Shown: positions 24,002 through 36,682, counted from the first letter of the stretch. The stretch: DNA of 64,000 bases from Leucoraja ocellata (GCA_036785375.1 JAWMAR010000025.1:8432001-8496000); one strand, 5' to 3'. Numbers and translations are program-made. Notes: generated by a model not told the origin, from the sequence alone.

Positions 24002-24007
24002 AATAAA
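24002..24007 (+). terminator. Probable distal polyadenylation signal of the CCN2-like gene (proximal AATAAA candidates at 22800 and 23037)
   Basis: AATAAA preceded by AU-rich unique sequence (23880-24000) and followed by a T-rich tract (24036-24044). Confidence 0.5.
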
Positions 24008-24159
24008 ATTCTATTTTTCTACAAATGCTTTATACTTTTTTTTTCTTAACACAAAGCTGAACTAATGTTTTATGAATGGACCTTGAAGGTGTGGGGATTC
24101 CACAGCACATATCATCACATTGTCATAGATAGAGCCTTCTGCTAAACACTGAATGAAGG

Positions 24160-25086
24160 GGGAGCTGTTCTGGCGGCAGCCATGGCAGCAGCGCGTCAGC
24201 CTTTCAATTTTATTTTTTATTTTTAGTATGTTTTAAAGTGTGTATTTAGTGGGGTTTTTTGTGTTTTGTGTGGGGAGTGGTGTGTGTGGGGGGGGGGGGG
24301 TGAGAGGGAAACCGTTTCGGTCGCCTCCTCCATGGAGAGGCGACTTTTTCCAGGTCGCCTCCCCCGTGGCCTACCATCAAGGATCGGCGAGGTCTTTCCC
24401 GGAGACGTGCCCGGGGCTTCAGCGGCAGGCGCAGCGTGGACTCGGCGTGGAGCGGGTGAGCCCTTGCTGGGGCTCGCCGGAGGGAAGTGCTCCGTTTCAC
24501 TGGCCCGGGGCAGCCGGCAGCCTGAAGTCGCAGCCTGAAGCTGCGGTCTGCAGAGTTCCAGCTGCTGCGGCGTCTACAGCCCGGGATCCCACGTGGGGGA
24601 CCCGGGGGAAGAAGAAGCCGCCATTGCCGGCCCGCGGATAACTTCTACCGCAGGCCCGGCATGGACTTACCATCACCCCTGGAGGGGAGCTTCGACCGCC
24701 GGCCCTGCAGTCTACGGTGCTTCTGGCTGCGGCGGGGACTTTAAATCTCAACCGCCGGCCTGCGGCCTACACAATCTTGAAGCCGCGGTCTCCGGTGAGG
24801 AAGAGCCGATCCTGGACTGGACTCTGGACTCTGGTCTTGTCCACCGGGGGGGGGGGGGGGGGGGAATGGAGGAGGACGGCCAAAATTTTTTGTGCCTTCC
24901 ACCACAGTGATGATTGCTGTGGTGGATGTTTATGTTACATGTTGTGTCCTGTTTATGCATTTTATTATTTTGTTAACCCATCTTTATGCTTTGTATGGAA
25001 CTGATTTTTAAATTATGTAAAGCACTTTGGGGTCAATGAAAATTGACTATAAATGTGCTATATAAATAAACATTATTATTATTATG
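24160..25086 (+). mobile_element. Non-autonomous GC-rich retroposon with an L2-type 3' tail
   Basis: CpG-rich non-coding body with short internal repeats, ending TGTAAAGCACTTTG...GTGCTATATAAATAAAC(ATT)n. 5' boundary approximate. Confidence 0.55.
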
Positions 25087-27137
25087 AATATAAACCTGGA
25101 TAATGTGGAGTTATAAGTGTGTACATGAGATTATTAATTATCAATGGAATTCAGGAAATAAGTTCATTCTTATCTTTGTAAGAGCAGCATCACCGAAGGC
25201 TGTGGAGGCCAAGTCAATTGATATTTTTAAGGTAGAGCTAGATTGATTCTTGATTAGTACGGGCGTCAGGGGTTTTGGGGAGAAGGCTGGAGAATGGGGA
25301 GATAGATCACCATGATTGAATGGTGGAGTAGACCTGATGGGCCGAATGGCCTAATTCTGCTCCTATCACTTATGAGTTCTGGCTTCATCTGTATTGTTAA
25401 TGGAGTACCATTATAATGGGGTTTTGCTCAAAATGTATAAAGAATAACTTTGTGTTTAACTCAAACTTAATGGAGGGAAAGTAGCAGTTCCTGAGTCTGG
25501 TGATGTGTGCTTTCAAGCTTCTGTATCTTCTGGGAGCAGGGGGGAAAAGAATGACTGGGGTGGGACAAGTCTTATGATTATGTTGCAGAAAGAAACAACT
25601 GCAGATGTTAGTTTATACCAAAGATAGACACAAATTGCTGTAGTAACTCAGCGGATGAAGCAGCATCTCTGGAGAGAGGGAAGGGGTGACGTTTCGGGTC
25701 GAGACCCCTCTACCTTTGATTACGTTGGCTGCTTTTCCATGGCAGCATGAAGTGTAGATGGAGTCGATGGTGGGAAGTCTGGTCAGTGTGATATGTTTGT
25801 GCATCTGCTATAGTAACATCGATAACTAACCTGAAGCCAACAGGGTTCTGTAAGCAGCCTAAAGGTAGATTACTCGAGACCGTTACCAGCTTTGGGTATC
25901 TAATGGCTGCAAGCCAAGCACAGATCCTTGTCCCCTGGCAGGGCAATAGTCTGTGCCTTGAACATGGGTAGGACGCGGAACACCTCCGAAAGCTCGTCGG
26001 GCGTGGAATGGATTCGCTGGTGACATCGGGGGCAGAGAGCAAGAGCTGGAAGGGGGGCATGAACCGGGGTAATGCCTCTAACGCCTTTAGGTGGGCTGCA
26101 GGAGGTTGCCCCCGGGACACAAGATGGCCGGCGAGGAGATGGGAGGAACAATGGGCCATGCCGGTCGTGGACGACTGAGGGGACTGGGAGCCGCTCCCTT
26201 AGAACGAACGGCTTTAAACTCAATGAAATAGTGGCACACATTATTACATGCAAAATAAATGTTACTGCCTAATAGTTCATTGCATTTGTGATAATAAATA
26301 TCCATTGAACCATTTTAGAATGCATTTTTCCATTCTCCGAGGCAGTAATTAAGCAAAAATAAAATGCTGCAGATGCAGGAAACCGAAAACAAAAGCAAAG
26401 TGTTGGGAAATCTCAATTGACAGGCAGCCTGTGGAGAAAGAGATATCATGATTGATGTCAACAAGCTAGCTTCATTCAGTTTAATTGAGCTGCCTCTGCT
26501 GTATTAAGGAGGTCCCATTGCCTGCTGTTAGTTTAATTTCCCCTTGAGATGCTGAATGTGCCCCATGCACCAGGCCCCATGCACCAGGCCCCATGCACCA
26601 CACCCGGAGCAGAGCTGTGAATTCCCTGGTGACTGGAGTCTGCCACACAGCAGTTGGGTACTGCACTGAGTCATTCATGTCCTCAAGAGGACCTCCAACC
26701 AGCCAGACCCACCAGCAACAGAACCATTCTGATCAGCATCTGATTTAGTGGTAATTATGCCTTTGATTTAAAGATAATTAAGATAAATTGGGAATTTATG
26801 GGCTGAGTAACTAGATTAGCACCAGAAACCTGGAGCATTTATTGAAGGACATGGATTCAAATCCCAGCACAGCCTCTGGGCAAAGTGAATTGAGACTATT
26901 AGATAATCACAAATGTTTTGAAAAGTTTTCATTCCATGGTACTTCATGGAGTTCATGGATTTTTGTTTCTTTAAAAAATGCTAGTTCTCTAGTATCCTTT
27001 TTAGGAAGAAAATCTGCCTGCAACTCTACTTGCATGCGTGGGAAAGAGCTGCAGATGCTGGTTTAAACCAAAGATAGACACTAAATGCTGGAGTAACTCA
27101 GCGGGACGGGCAGCATCTTTGGAGAGAAGGAATGGGT

Positions 27138-27165
27138 GACGTTTCGGGTCGAGACCCTTCTTCAG
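27138..27165 (-). ncRNA. Minimal hammerhead motif in a PLE-derived repeat
   Basis: Reverse complement reads CTGAAGAAGGGTCTCGACCCGAAACGTC. Similar motifs at 16208-16235(+), 36876-36903(-), 38088-38115(-), 41197-41224(+), 45607-45634(+), 50915-50942(-), 53855-53882(-), 53937-53964(+) and 61051-61078(+). Confidence 0.65.
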
Positions 27166-27171
27166 ACAAAG

Positions 27172-27315
27172 GGTCTTGCCCCAGGAACAGCTGGCGAAGG
27201 GGTGTTCAATTGGGGAGATCTCGAAAGAACTGCCAACAACCGAGCGAAGTGGAGGACATTTGTCAATGGCCTGTCCTTCTTCGAGGAGCAAAGGTCTTAA
27301 GAAGAAGAAGAAGAA
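27172..27315 (+). mobile_element. RTE-type LINE 3' end
   Basis: PRNSWRR, then after a frameshift WGDLERTANNRAKWRTFVNGL, resembling the RTE ORF C-terminus. Followed by a (GAA)n tail. Confidence 0.55.
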
Positions 27316-29814
27316 TATACTGGGTTAAAAGGTTAAATTATATGGATACATGGATTATGGCCTTCCCGTGAGTACAGCAGATTGGTGAGTAAACTAATTG
27401 AGATGTCCAAGACAAATAAAGGACTTAACAAGGTGGTGAAGGAGAAACTGTTTTATTATGTATATGTACACTCACTGTGAGGGGCTTGATTGTAATCTAG
27501 TCCTTGCGCTAACTGGTTAGTATGCAAAAACCCTGTACCTCAGTACACGTGACTATCAATTAAACTAAACTAAACTATTACTCACTCTGCACTGTGAACA
27601 AATTTGACATTACTACTGTCTACTGATTTTTGATGTAAGGCTGACTTGATCAGATTTAATTATTGCTTGTGCTGAGTTAATCTGCTTATTTTAACGATTG
27701 CATTGTAGTGCTGTAAGCAGGATAATGCGACCTTGTAACCTATGTGTTGTCAAGTCAAGTCAAGTCAAGAGAGTTTATTGTCATGTGTCCCAGAAAGGAC
27801 AATGAAATTCTTGCTTGCTGCAGCACAACAGAACATAAATAAATGTAGGCATAAATAAAGAACAAAGGTACACAAAATTGCTGGAGAAACTCAGCGGGTG
27901 CAGCAGCATCTATGGAGCGAAGGAAATGGGCGACGTTTCGGGCCGAAACCCTAAATAAAGAACAGTTGGATTCAGGATGGATGGATTTCACTGGATGGAT
28001 TTAAGAGAGAGTTAGATAGAGCTCAAGGGGCTAGTGGAGTCAAGGGATATGGGGAGAAGGCAGGCACGGGTTATTGATAGGGGACGATCAGCCATGATCA
28101 CAATGAATGGCGGTGCTGGCTCGTAGGGCTGAATGGCCTTCTCCTGCACCTGCACTGTTTCTATGTTTCTAGTTCAGTGTGTCTATTATAGCATTGACCA
28201 TATATATCTATATATACACATAAATAAACAGACAAAGTGCAATAGGCTGTTATGGTTCAGAGTTCGTTTGATGGTGAGTTTAATAGCCTGATGGCTGTGG
28301 GGAAGCAGCTGTTCCTGAACCTGGATGTACCAGATCATAAAGATGTCCAATTAATCGAGGTCTGTCCTTGCTGTAACCACTTTATTACCTCCACCACATG
28401 AGGGCGCTCTTGGCAATGGTTTCATCCAGCTTTGTGGCTATAATTCATCTGGATGAAGCCTGGTGCATACACCCTAGACCCAAGGCAGGCAGTACAAGAA
28501 CTGGCACAGCTTGGGAAAAAGCCCTTTAGCCCACCGAGTCAGCGCCGACCATCAGTCACTCGTTCACAGTAGTTCTATGTTATCCCACTTCCTCATCCAC
28601 TCTCCACACACCAGGGACCATTAGACAATAGGTGCAGGAGTGGGTCATTTGGCCCTTCGAGCCAGCACTGCCATTCAATGTGATCATGGCTGATCATCCC
28701 CAATCAGTACCCCGTTCCCAAACTCCCCAACTCTCAGTTTTAGAAAAACAAAAACTTGTCTATTCAACTTTCCCCTCTCGCCTTCTATCTGTGCCCTCTA
28801 CTGTTGGACATTTCCACCCTGATGAAAAAGGTTCTGACTGTCTTCCCTATCTATGCCTCTCATCATTTTTTATACTGCTATGAAGTCTCAGAGAAAACAA
28901 TCTAAGTGCATGCAACCTCCTCCTGTAGCTGAAACCCTGTAATCCAGGCATCGTTCGGGTAAACCTCCTCTCTAGTGCCTTCACATCTGTCTTGTAATGG
29001 AGTGACCAGAACTATTTCCAAGGGCTCCAGCCAATAAATGCCTGCCTTGTCAGTGATGCCTGCATCATGTAAAATAGACAAATAAATAAAAATGTTGCCG
29101 CTCTCGGCCTGGCACGTGAAGAATGTGGAGGCTGATTCATTGGGTATTATTAAAGTGGAGATTAACAGGTTTAGTTTAGAGATACAGCGCGGAAACAGGC
29201 CCTTCGGCCCATTGGGACCGTGCCGACCAACTATCCCCACACACTAACACCATCCTACACCCACTAGGGCCAATTTTTACATTTACCAAGCCAATTAACC
29301 TACAAACCTGTACGTCTTTGGTGTGTGGGAATGAACCGAAGATGTTGGAGCAAACCCACGCACATCACGGGGAGATCGTACAAACTCCGTACAGACGGAG
29401 CCCCTAGTCCGGATCGAACCCGGGTCTCCGGCGTTGCATTTGCTGTAAGGCAGCACCTCTACTGCTGTGCCACTGTGTTCTTGATTGGTACGGGTGTCAG
29501 GGGTTATGGGGAGAAGGCAGGAGAATGGAGTTGAGAGGGAAAGGTAGATGGCCCATGATTGAATGGCGGAGTAGACTCAATGGGCCAAATGGTCTAATTC
29601 TGCTCGGTGCCACGTTCTGTGGGGCGGCACGGTGGCGCAGCATTACAGCGCCAGAGACCCGGGTTCGATCCCGACTACAGGTGCTGTCTGTACAGAGTTT
29701 GTAGTTATTGAGTGGGGATCGCTGGTTGGTGTGGATTCAGTGGGCTGAAGGGCCTGTTTTCGCTCTGTATCTCTAAACTAAACGAAATGGGCCAAATGAC
29801 TTCATTCTGCTCTT

Positions 29815-29942
29815 CTTCTTCTTGCGTATGTCGTGCACAGCCTAACGTTGTACGACAACTTGTTCTATTTGATCGTGCACGCCGGGTTGATTGCATTCGT
29901 CGAAACAGGGCGGACCACGTGAAGGTTGCAATCTCCCACCCC
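29815..29942 (-). mobile_element. Short retroposon with a 5' minimal HDV-like ribozyme, copy A
   Basis: Minus strand begins GGGGTGGGAGATTGCAACCTTCACGTGGTCCGCCCTGTTTCGACGAATGCAATC and ends ATACGC(AAG)n. TSD ATTCTGCTCTT at 29804-29814 and 29943-29953. Confidence 0.85.
29889..29942 (-). ncRNA. Predicted minimal HDV-like (CPEB3-like) self-cleaving ribozyme
   Basis: P1 GGGGUGG/CCGCCCU with G1-U wobble, P2 GAUUGCA/UGCAAUC, P3 ACC/GGU, L3 UUCACGU, J1/4 GU, J4/2 CGAA, no real P4. Fold assigned by eye. Confidence 0.75.
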
Positions 29943-31465
29943 ATTCTGCTCTTAAGACGTGAACTTGGTGAATATGGAAACGAGGTGTTGCTGAAGTGGC
30001 TGAGGCTCCAAGCCAAGTGTTCTTTGGGAATTCAACTGGGCGTTGCCCTCTCCACTGTCATTGCTTAGCGGAGGGGCGATACACTGGAAGAGGGAGCAAG
30101 ATAATCGGAGGCAATGGGAGAATATCAAATGCAGGGAAGGGTGTGACGCCTAATTTACAGAAGGGTCCAGTGCCAAACAACTATGCACGTCGTAAGAAAG
30201 ATAATATTTGTTGTCAACAAACCTATGTTGGAAATGGATGCACTTTTTTTAATAGGCAAATATTTTTATGTTTAATTATTTTTAATGTTACATTGATAGC
30301 CACTTCATTACCCATTATTAAGTTAAAATTATCAGCAAGATGTGTCTCTTGAGATTTTTTATATTAACAGAGAACAGTAATGTGCGAGTCACACCCTCTT
30401 GATCATTGCTTGTGTTAGCCTTTTATCAGCCTTTGCGCATTTTTTTTTTTTACCCCGATGCATGATCCTGATTAAAACCACTGCTTGTTTATCAACTCTA
30501 CCATGCTGCACATCGCAAGCCGCCAGAACGTGCAACTTACTAGATCGGTATTCGCTTACAAGTTCAAGGAAAGATGTGCACAAATTGAGGAGAGCACGCA
30601 ACATTTAAAATTCCTCTCTCTTGTTCGGATCTCGCCACCCGATCAGTCTGGGGCACTCCCGCACCTCTTCGCTGTTAATTCTTCCAACAGCTGCTGTTTG
30701 CCTCTCTGTTTTCAAGCTGTGCTAATTTGCCCGTGTGCTCTGCACATCAGCCATCTGCTCCAGTTTCTCTGGTCCCCTTGGTGATGAATATTCTCATTTC
30801 TCGGTTCTTGATTAATGATGAAACCTCGACTCCATAACTTTATCAACAGAAAACTCAAGATGATTACATCTGTGGCTATTTACACTGATTCCATTGTTCT
30901 GATGTAACAATCATACTGAAGCCAACACATATCCTAACTCCTGTGTTATTTGGTTTGGTTACAACATTTTCATTAGTTTGGGCCTGTTCCCTTTATTCCA
31001 TCCTCCTCGCCTTCTTAGACAGTCCCTTGGGATTAAGGATGACTCCATTTATCTGCGTCAGCAATGACTGATGAGGCCAATTTGGGAATCGCAGACATCC
31101 ACAGATGGGGCAAGGGGTTTGTGTGGGTATATCGTGTGCGTGTCTTCACCGTGCAGTGTTTATGTTGGCCTTTGTCTCCCCATAACTCATGAACTCGAGA
31201 TTCTCCATTCCAACCAGAATGCTCCTTCTCCATGGTCCAGTTATAAGGCCCAGAATTTCCTGGTGTCGGCTTCTGATGACCTGACCCCTGGTGAGGAGGT
31301 TCAAAGAACGCCCTAAAACAATGCTGTCTGCCTGGTCATGTATTTTCTTGATGGGTTAAATGGTTCAATTGGACTTTATTGTCACGTGTACCGAGGTACA
31401 GTGAAAGTCCTTTTCTTGTATACAATTCAGTAAAAGTATTATCATACACAATCTTAGTTAAGTAC

Positions 31466-31588
31466 TTCTTGTGTATGGCGTGCACAGCCTAAAGTTGTCG
31501 GACAACTTGTTCTATTTGATTGTGCACGCCGGGTTGATTGCATTCGTTGAACAGGGCGGACCACGTGAAGGTTGCAATCTCCCACCCC
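31466..31588 (-). mobile_element. Short retroposon with a 5' minimal HDV-like ribozyme, copy B
   Basis: Same family as copy A. TSD AGTTAAG(T/G)AC at 31456-31465 and 31589-31598. One nt shorter in the P4-replacing loop. Confidence 0.85.
31536..31588 (-). ncRNA. Predicted minimal HDV-like ribozyme (copy B)
   Basis: P1, P2, P3, L3 and CGAA identical to copy A. Linker is GUUCAA. Confidence 0.7.
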
Positions 31589-33580
31589 AGTTAAGGACAA
31601 ATGTATAGGACTAGTACATTGAGACAGTATGCACGAGTCACCAAGTTTTGGTGCTGTTTTTCCTAATTCAAGTCTAAGTTGTTACAAATGTAGAGTTCTT
31701 AACTTGGCAATAAAGGCCCGTTGTCCTGGCAACTTTGCAGGGTCAGCCTGGCCAAGCTAGGCCGCTGGTGTCCTCCACCTCTCCATGCCACTGCAGGTCG
31801 TGTCTGATTCACGCGCTGGGCCGCTTGGAGCGACGCCCGGCCCAATCTTGAAGTATCGAGTCTGTTTCACATCGGTTCCTGCTCCATTGACAGGCTTTCA
31901 ACCCAATATATCGACCGTATGTTTCCACCCTCAGATGCTGCTCAGCCCATTGAGCCCCTGCAAAAAGATTTCTTGTTTCTCCAGATTCCAGCATCTGCAG
32001 TCTCTTGAGTGTCCATGTGAACACCGTGGTCTGACTAACACAACAATCTCTGAGTGATTCGGGACCCATTGGTGGGGACACACCCTCTAGAAGAGGAAAA
32101 TGACAAGTCTGTTTACTCTGTTTGGAAACACTTTTTCACACAGAGAGTTGTGAGTCTGTGGAATTCTCTGCCTCAGAGGACGGTGGAGGCAGGTTCTTTG
32201 GATACTTTCAAGAGAGAGCTAGATAGGGCTCTTAAAGATAGCGGAGTCATTTTCGAATGAAAGGAACTGTAAATGTTATATTTGTGCTAACCATGTGTGC
32301 ATGTAAAATGTATTGTTAGTGAGTTTGGAGCATGTTTCAGCATTAGTGCCCTCTCCCCAGGGACCTGAGGTGTTGGCTATAGCCAGGCCAAGTTTCAAAA
32401 TCATTTGGGAGATACAGATCATGGCTGGCCAGTGGATCATGAGTTGGACGATACTAATCTCTGACACTGGAAGGTTCCTGGTGTAACCCTGCAAACACGG
32501 GCAGCTTCCCAAGGCAAGAAAACAAACTACTGGAGGAATAGCAGGCCAGGCAGCACCTGTGGAGATAAATGAACAGTCAACGTTTTGGGTCAAGACCCTG
32601 TATGTGGATTGACGAAGGATCTCGACTTGAAACAACGACTGTCCATTTACCTCCCACAGATGCTGCCTGACCCGCTGAGTTCCTCCAACAATTTGCAGGG
32701 CGGCACAGAGGCGGAGACCTGGGTTTGATCCTGGCTGCATAGAAACAGAAAATAGGTGCAGGAGTAGGCCATTCGGCCCTTCGAGCCTGCACCGCCATTC
32801 AATATGATCATGGCTGATCATCCAACTCAGTATCCTGTACCTGCCTTCTCTCCATACCCCCTGATCCCTTTAGCCACAAGGGCCACATCTAACTCCCTCT
32901 TAAATATAGCCATTGAACTGGCCTCAACTACCTTCTGTGGCAGAGAATTCCAGAGATTCACCACTCTCTGTGTGAAAAATGTTTTTCTCATCTCGGTCCT
33001 AAAAGATTTCCCCCTTATCCTTAAAATCCTTAAAGACTACGAGTGCTGTCTGTACAGAGTTTACATGTTCTCCCCGTGACCACATAGGTTTTCTCCTGTT
33101 TCCTCCCACACCCTAAATACATGCAGGTTAGTAGGTTAATTGGCTTCTGTAAATTGCCCCCAGCATGTAGGATGCGCTAGTGTACGGAGAGATCGCTGGT
33201 CAGGGTGGGACACGCTGGGGCAAATGGCCTTCTTCCATGTCTAGAGTCTTCCACATTTCAACATCTGCGGTTCCTAGCAACAACTGCCCACGATTTGGGA
33301 GCCACTGCTCGGTGCTCGGTAGAAATGCACGATGAATTTCACCACCACCTTCAATGGTCCAGCTCAGCCAACAGCCAGCTGAGTGCTTGTATTGCCTTTT
33401 ACACCAGACTTTCCATTTTAATATATCCTCTTTGTTTTATTGAACTAAATAATGTATTCACTCTGCTGGCACCAAAAACAACTCTGCTCTCTCACTGTTC
33501 TTTAGTTTATAAAACAACGCCCTGCAGATGCTTCCTTCTAAAACCTCGCCTTAATTCCATTTAGTTGGATGGTAGCCTTA

Positions 33581-33750
33581 TGGGCCTGTCCTACTTACCC
33601 GATTATTTTTCGGCGACTTGCCCTGCACCTCCCATAGTCGCAGCAGATCTCCGAAAATTTTCAACATGTTGAAAATCCAGCGGCGACCAGAAAAAGGTAC
33701 AATTGTATGGGTGACTACTCACGACCATACGGGCGTCACGTGTCGACATG
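33581..33750. mobile_element. Truncated Harbinger-type MITE (one TIR)
   Basis: TTA followed by TGGGCCTGTCCTACT. Internal palindrome ATTTTCAACATGTTGAAAAT resembles that in 6441-6760. Right side replaced by a PLE arm. Confidence 0.5.
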
Positions 33751-34096
33751 TCGTTGCCTATTTCCTTCGCTCCGTAGATGCTGCTGCACCCGCTGAGTTT
33801 CTCCAGCATTTTTGTCTACCTTCGATTTTCCAGCATCTGCAGTTCCCTCTTAAACAAAATTCATTGTGGTGACCTCCTGTTTTAAATATCCTTACAAGAC
33901 TATCCACATACCTAATCAGATGGTCAGTTGGGTGAGGTGGGCTGTCATTGTTCATGACCAATATGTTTCTCCTGCAAGTAAAGGAAGTACAAGAAGCTGG
34001 TAGAATCTTTCTGGAAGGCAAGAGAGAAAAAAAATGCTTATTGTAGTTTTACAAACCATGTGGTCAATTAAATAAGTTCCCATCGTCCCCTATAAT

Positions 34097-34150
34097 GGGG
34101 TGGGAGATTGCAACCTTCACGTGGTCCGTCCTGTTTCAACGAATGCAATC
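34097..34150 (+). ncRNA. Predicted minimal HDV-like ribozyme (copy C)
   Basis: As copy A, but P1 3' strand is CCGUCCU (one G-C becomes G-U, pairing kept) and the linker is GUUUCAA. Confidence 0.7.
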
Positions 34151-34241
34151 AACCTGGCATGCACAATCATATAGGATCAAATAGAACAAGTTGTCCTACA
34201 ACTTTAGGCTGTGCACGCCATACGCAAGGAGAAGAAGAGGA
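34097..34241 (+). mobile_element. Short retroposon with a 5' minimal HDV-like ribozyme, copy C
   Basis: Same family on the + strand. TSD TCCCCTATAA at 34086-34095 and 34242-34251, GAA-type tail. Confidence 0.85.
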
Positions 34242-35178
34242 TCCCCTATAACCAAAGCAAAAGATTCTCAGTGAAACCCCTGCAACAAGGACTTGTATTT
34301 GGCAATAAATTAGATAAGTGTATTTTATGATAATTCCCTTTGACTGTGTATAAGTTCATAAGTGATAGGAGCAGAATTAGGTTATTCTGCCCATCAAGTC
34401 TACTCCGCCATTCAATCATGGCTGATCTATCTCTCCCTCCCAACCCCATTCTCCTGCCTTCTCCCCATAACCCCTGACACCCTGAACCCCTGCCAAGCAT
34501 ATTCAATGTGCTTTTCACTGTGCCACCAAGGAGAAGCAGCAGCTTTCTAATAGCTTTCTGCTTCCAAATTGTGACTGAAAGCCTTCAAAAAGAAAACTTT
34601 CTGTCAGTAAGTGGATAAAGCCTGCCAGACAGACCGATTAAAAACAGCAGGTGAAAGTAGCTATCCATCTTGGTGAATGTTCTTCACACTCTGGCCAACT
34701 GCCTGCAAGAGGGAAAGAGAGATGATCTCAGCCTGCATGTCCCTCTGGCCCTTCCAAGAGCCTGCAGTGAAAGAAAAAACATGTTTATCCTGAAATCTTA
34801 CCAAATCACTAAATGTAAAACTGTTACACCAATGATTGTATCGGACCCACTAAATAACATTCCATCCCTGGCCCTATAAACAAGGCGACATCAATTACAA
34901 AATGCATGTGTGTTCATACAAAACATTCATGGTTCACTTAAAAGCAGACTGAAAACTCTAATCTTATGTGATTATTTGGATTTAACTCAAATGAACCTCC
35001 AGAATAATGAATTATTTAAATAAAGCAGCCAATTTGTCATCCAATGAAAGAGCAGGTCTAATTTATCGAGATGCCATTTTAAATGAGTGCTATTTATACC
35101 AGCCTTAATTCTGTGGTTTTAAAATAAGATTTCCTAATTTCAAGATTTTTAAAAGTTCAAGAGTTTTACCTTCAATTA

Positions 35179-35975
35179 ACATAGAAAAAAGGTGCAGGTG
35201 TAGGCCATTCGGCCCTTCGAGCCTGCACCGCCATTCAATATGATCATGGCTGATCATCCAACTCAGTATCCTGTACCTGCCTTCTCTCCATACACCCTGA
35301 TCCCTTTAGCCACAAGGGCCACATCTGACTCCCTCTTAAATATAGCCAATGAACTGGCCTCAACTACCCTCTGTGGCAGAGAGTTCCAGAGATTCACCAC
35401 TCTCTGTGTGAAAAAAGTTCTTCTCATCTCGGTTTTAAAGGATTTCCCCCTTATCCTTAAGCTGTGACCCCTTGTCCTGGACTTCCCTAACATCGGGAAC
35501 AATCTTCCTGCATCTAGCCTGTCCAACCCCTTAATAATTTTGTAAGTTTCCATAAGATCCCCTCTCAATCTCCTAAATTCTAGAGAGTATAAACCAAGTC
35601 TATCCAGTCTTTCTTCATAAGACAGTCCTGACATCCCAGGAATCAGTCTGGTGAACCGTCTCTGCACTCCCTCTATCTATTCACCACTCTCTGTGTGAAA
35701 AATGTTTTTCTCATCTCGGTCCTAAAAGATTTCCCCCTTATCCTTAAACTGTGACCCTCTTGTTCTGGACTTCCCCAACATCGGGAACAATCTTCCTGCA
35801 TCTAGCCTGTCCAACCTCTTAAGAATTTTGTAAGTTTCTATAAGATCCCCCCTCAATCTTCTAAATTCTAGCGAGTACAAGCCGAGTCTATCCAGTCTTT
35901 CTTCATATGAAAGTCCTGACATCCCAGGAATCAGTCTGGTGAACCTTCTCTGCACTCCCTCTATGGCAAGAATGT
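35179..35975 (-). mobile_element. Two tandem overlapping CR1-type LINE fragments
   Basis: ORFs 35263-35667 and 35722-35955 cover the same ORF2 segment and join near 35678. Confidence 0.85.
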
Positions 35976-36682
35976 CAAGAATTTATGTGCTAAAGCTGGA
36001 AGTGTAGCTCAGCTATGGACATGCCTTCTGGAAGACAAATACAAAGTGCTGGAGTAACTCGGTAGGTCGGGCAGCATCTCTGGGGAAAAAAAGAATGGGA
36101 TTGGGACTCTTCTTCAGACCTTCTGGAATGCCTTGGAGAATTTAGACATTAGACAATAAACAATAGGTGTAGGAGGAGGCCATTCGAGCCTTCGAGCCAG
36201 CACCGCCATTCAATGTGCTCATGCCTGATCATCCCCAATCAGTACCCCGTTCCTGCCTTCTCCCCATATCCCCTGACTCTGCTATCTTTGATTTCAACTG
36301 GTGGTTTAAATAGCCACCCGATGCATTAAAATGTTTGATGCATTTTTCCAGACAAAAAGCTGCTAAACTTATTTGAGAGCAGAAATCGGTGGCTGTGGCC
36401 AATTTCTGGTTGTAACGTGATTACAAGGAACACAAGCCCAAACTGTACAGAAACTAGGTTTTTATGTTCTAAATGCATGGGTGCATTTATAGACATCCCA
36501 GTAATTGTCTGAAAATTGTATTTTGTCCCTGGCATATTTACAAATGATAGATCTCTTGATGAAATCGTTTAGTATTTGTAATGCAGACACTGGACGCCAG
36601 TGACATCATGAAGATTAGAAGGTCCCAGAAATGAAGGCATGAAGATTAGAAGGAAGATAGGCACAAAATGCTGGAGTCCACG

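Noticed and set aside
24240-24910. CpG island or GC-rich ORFs just after the CCN gene as a new gene
   Set aside because: The segment ends in an L2-type tail with (ATT)n, lacks clear promoter or splice structure, and its translations are unrecognisable. A retroposon is the better explanation.
26561-26600. 14-bp tandem repeat CCCCATGCACCAGG, about 3 copies
   Set aside because: Ordinary minisatellite with no further structure.
27172-27315. RTE fragment as the autonomous partner of the ribozyme retroposon
   Set aside because: Only the GAA tail is shared. The sequence before the tail is unrelated, so no link can be claimed.
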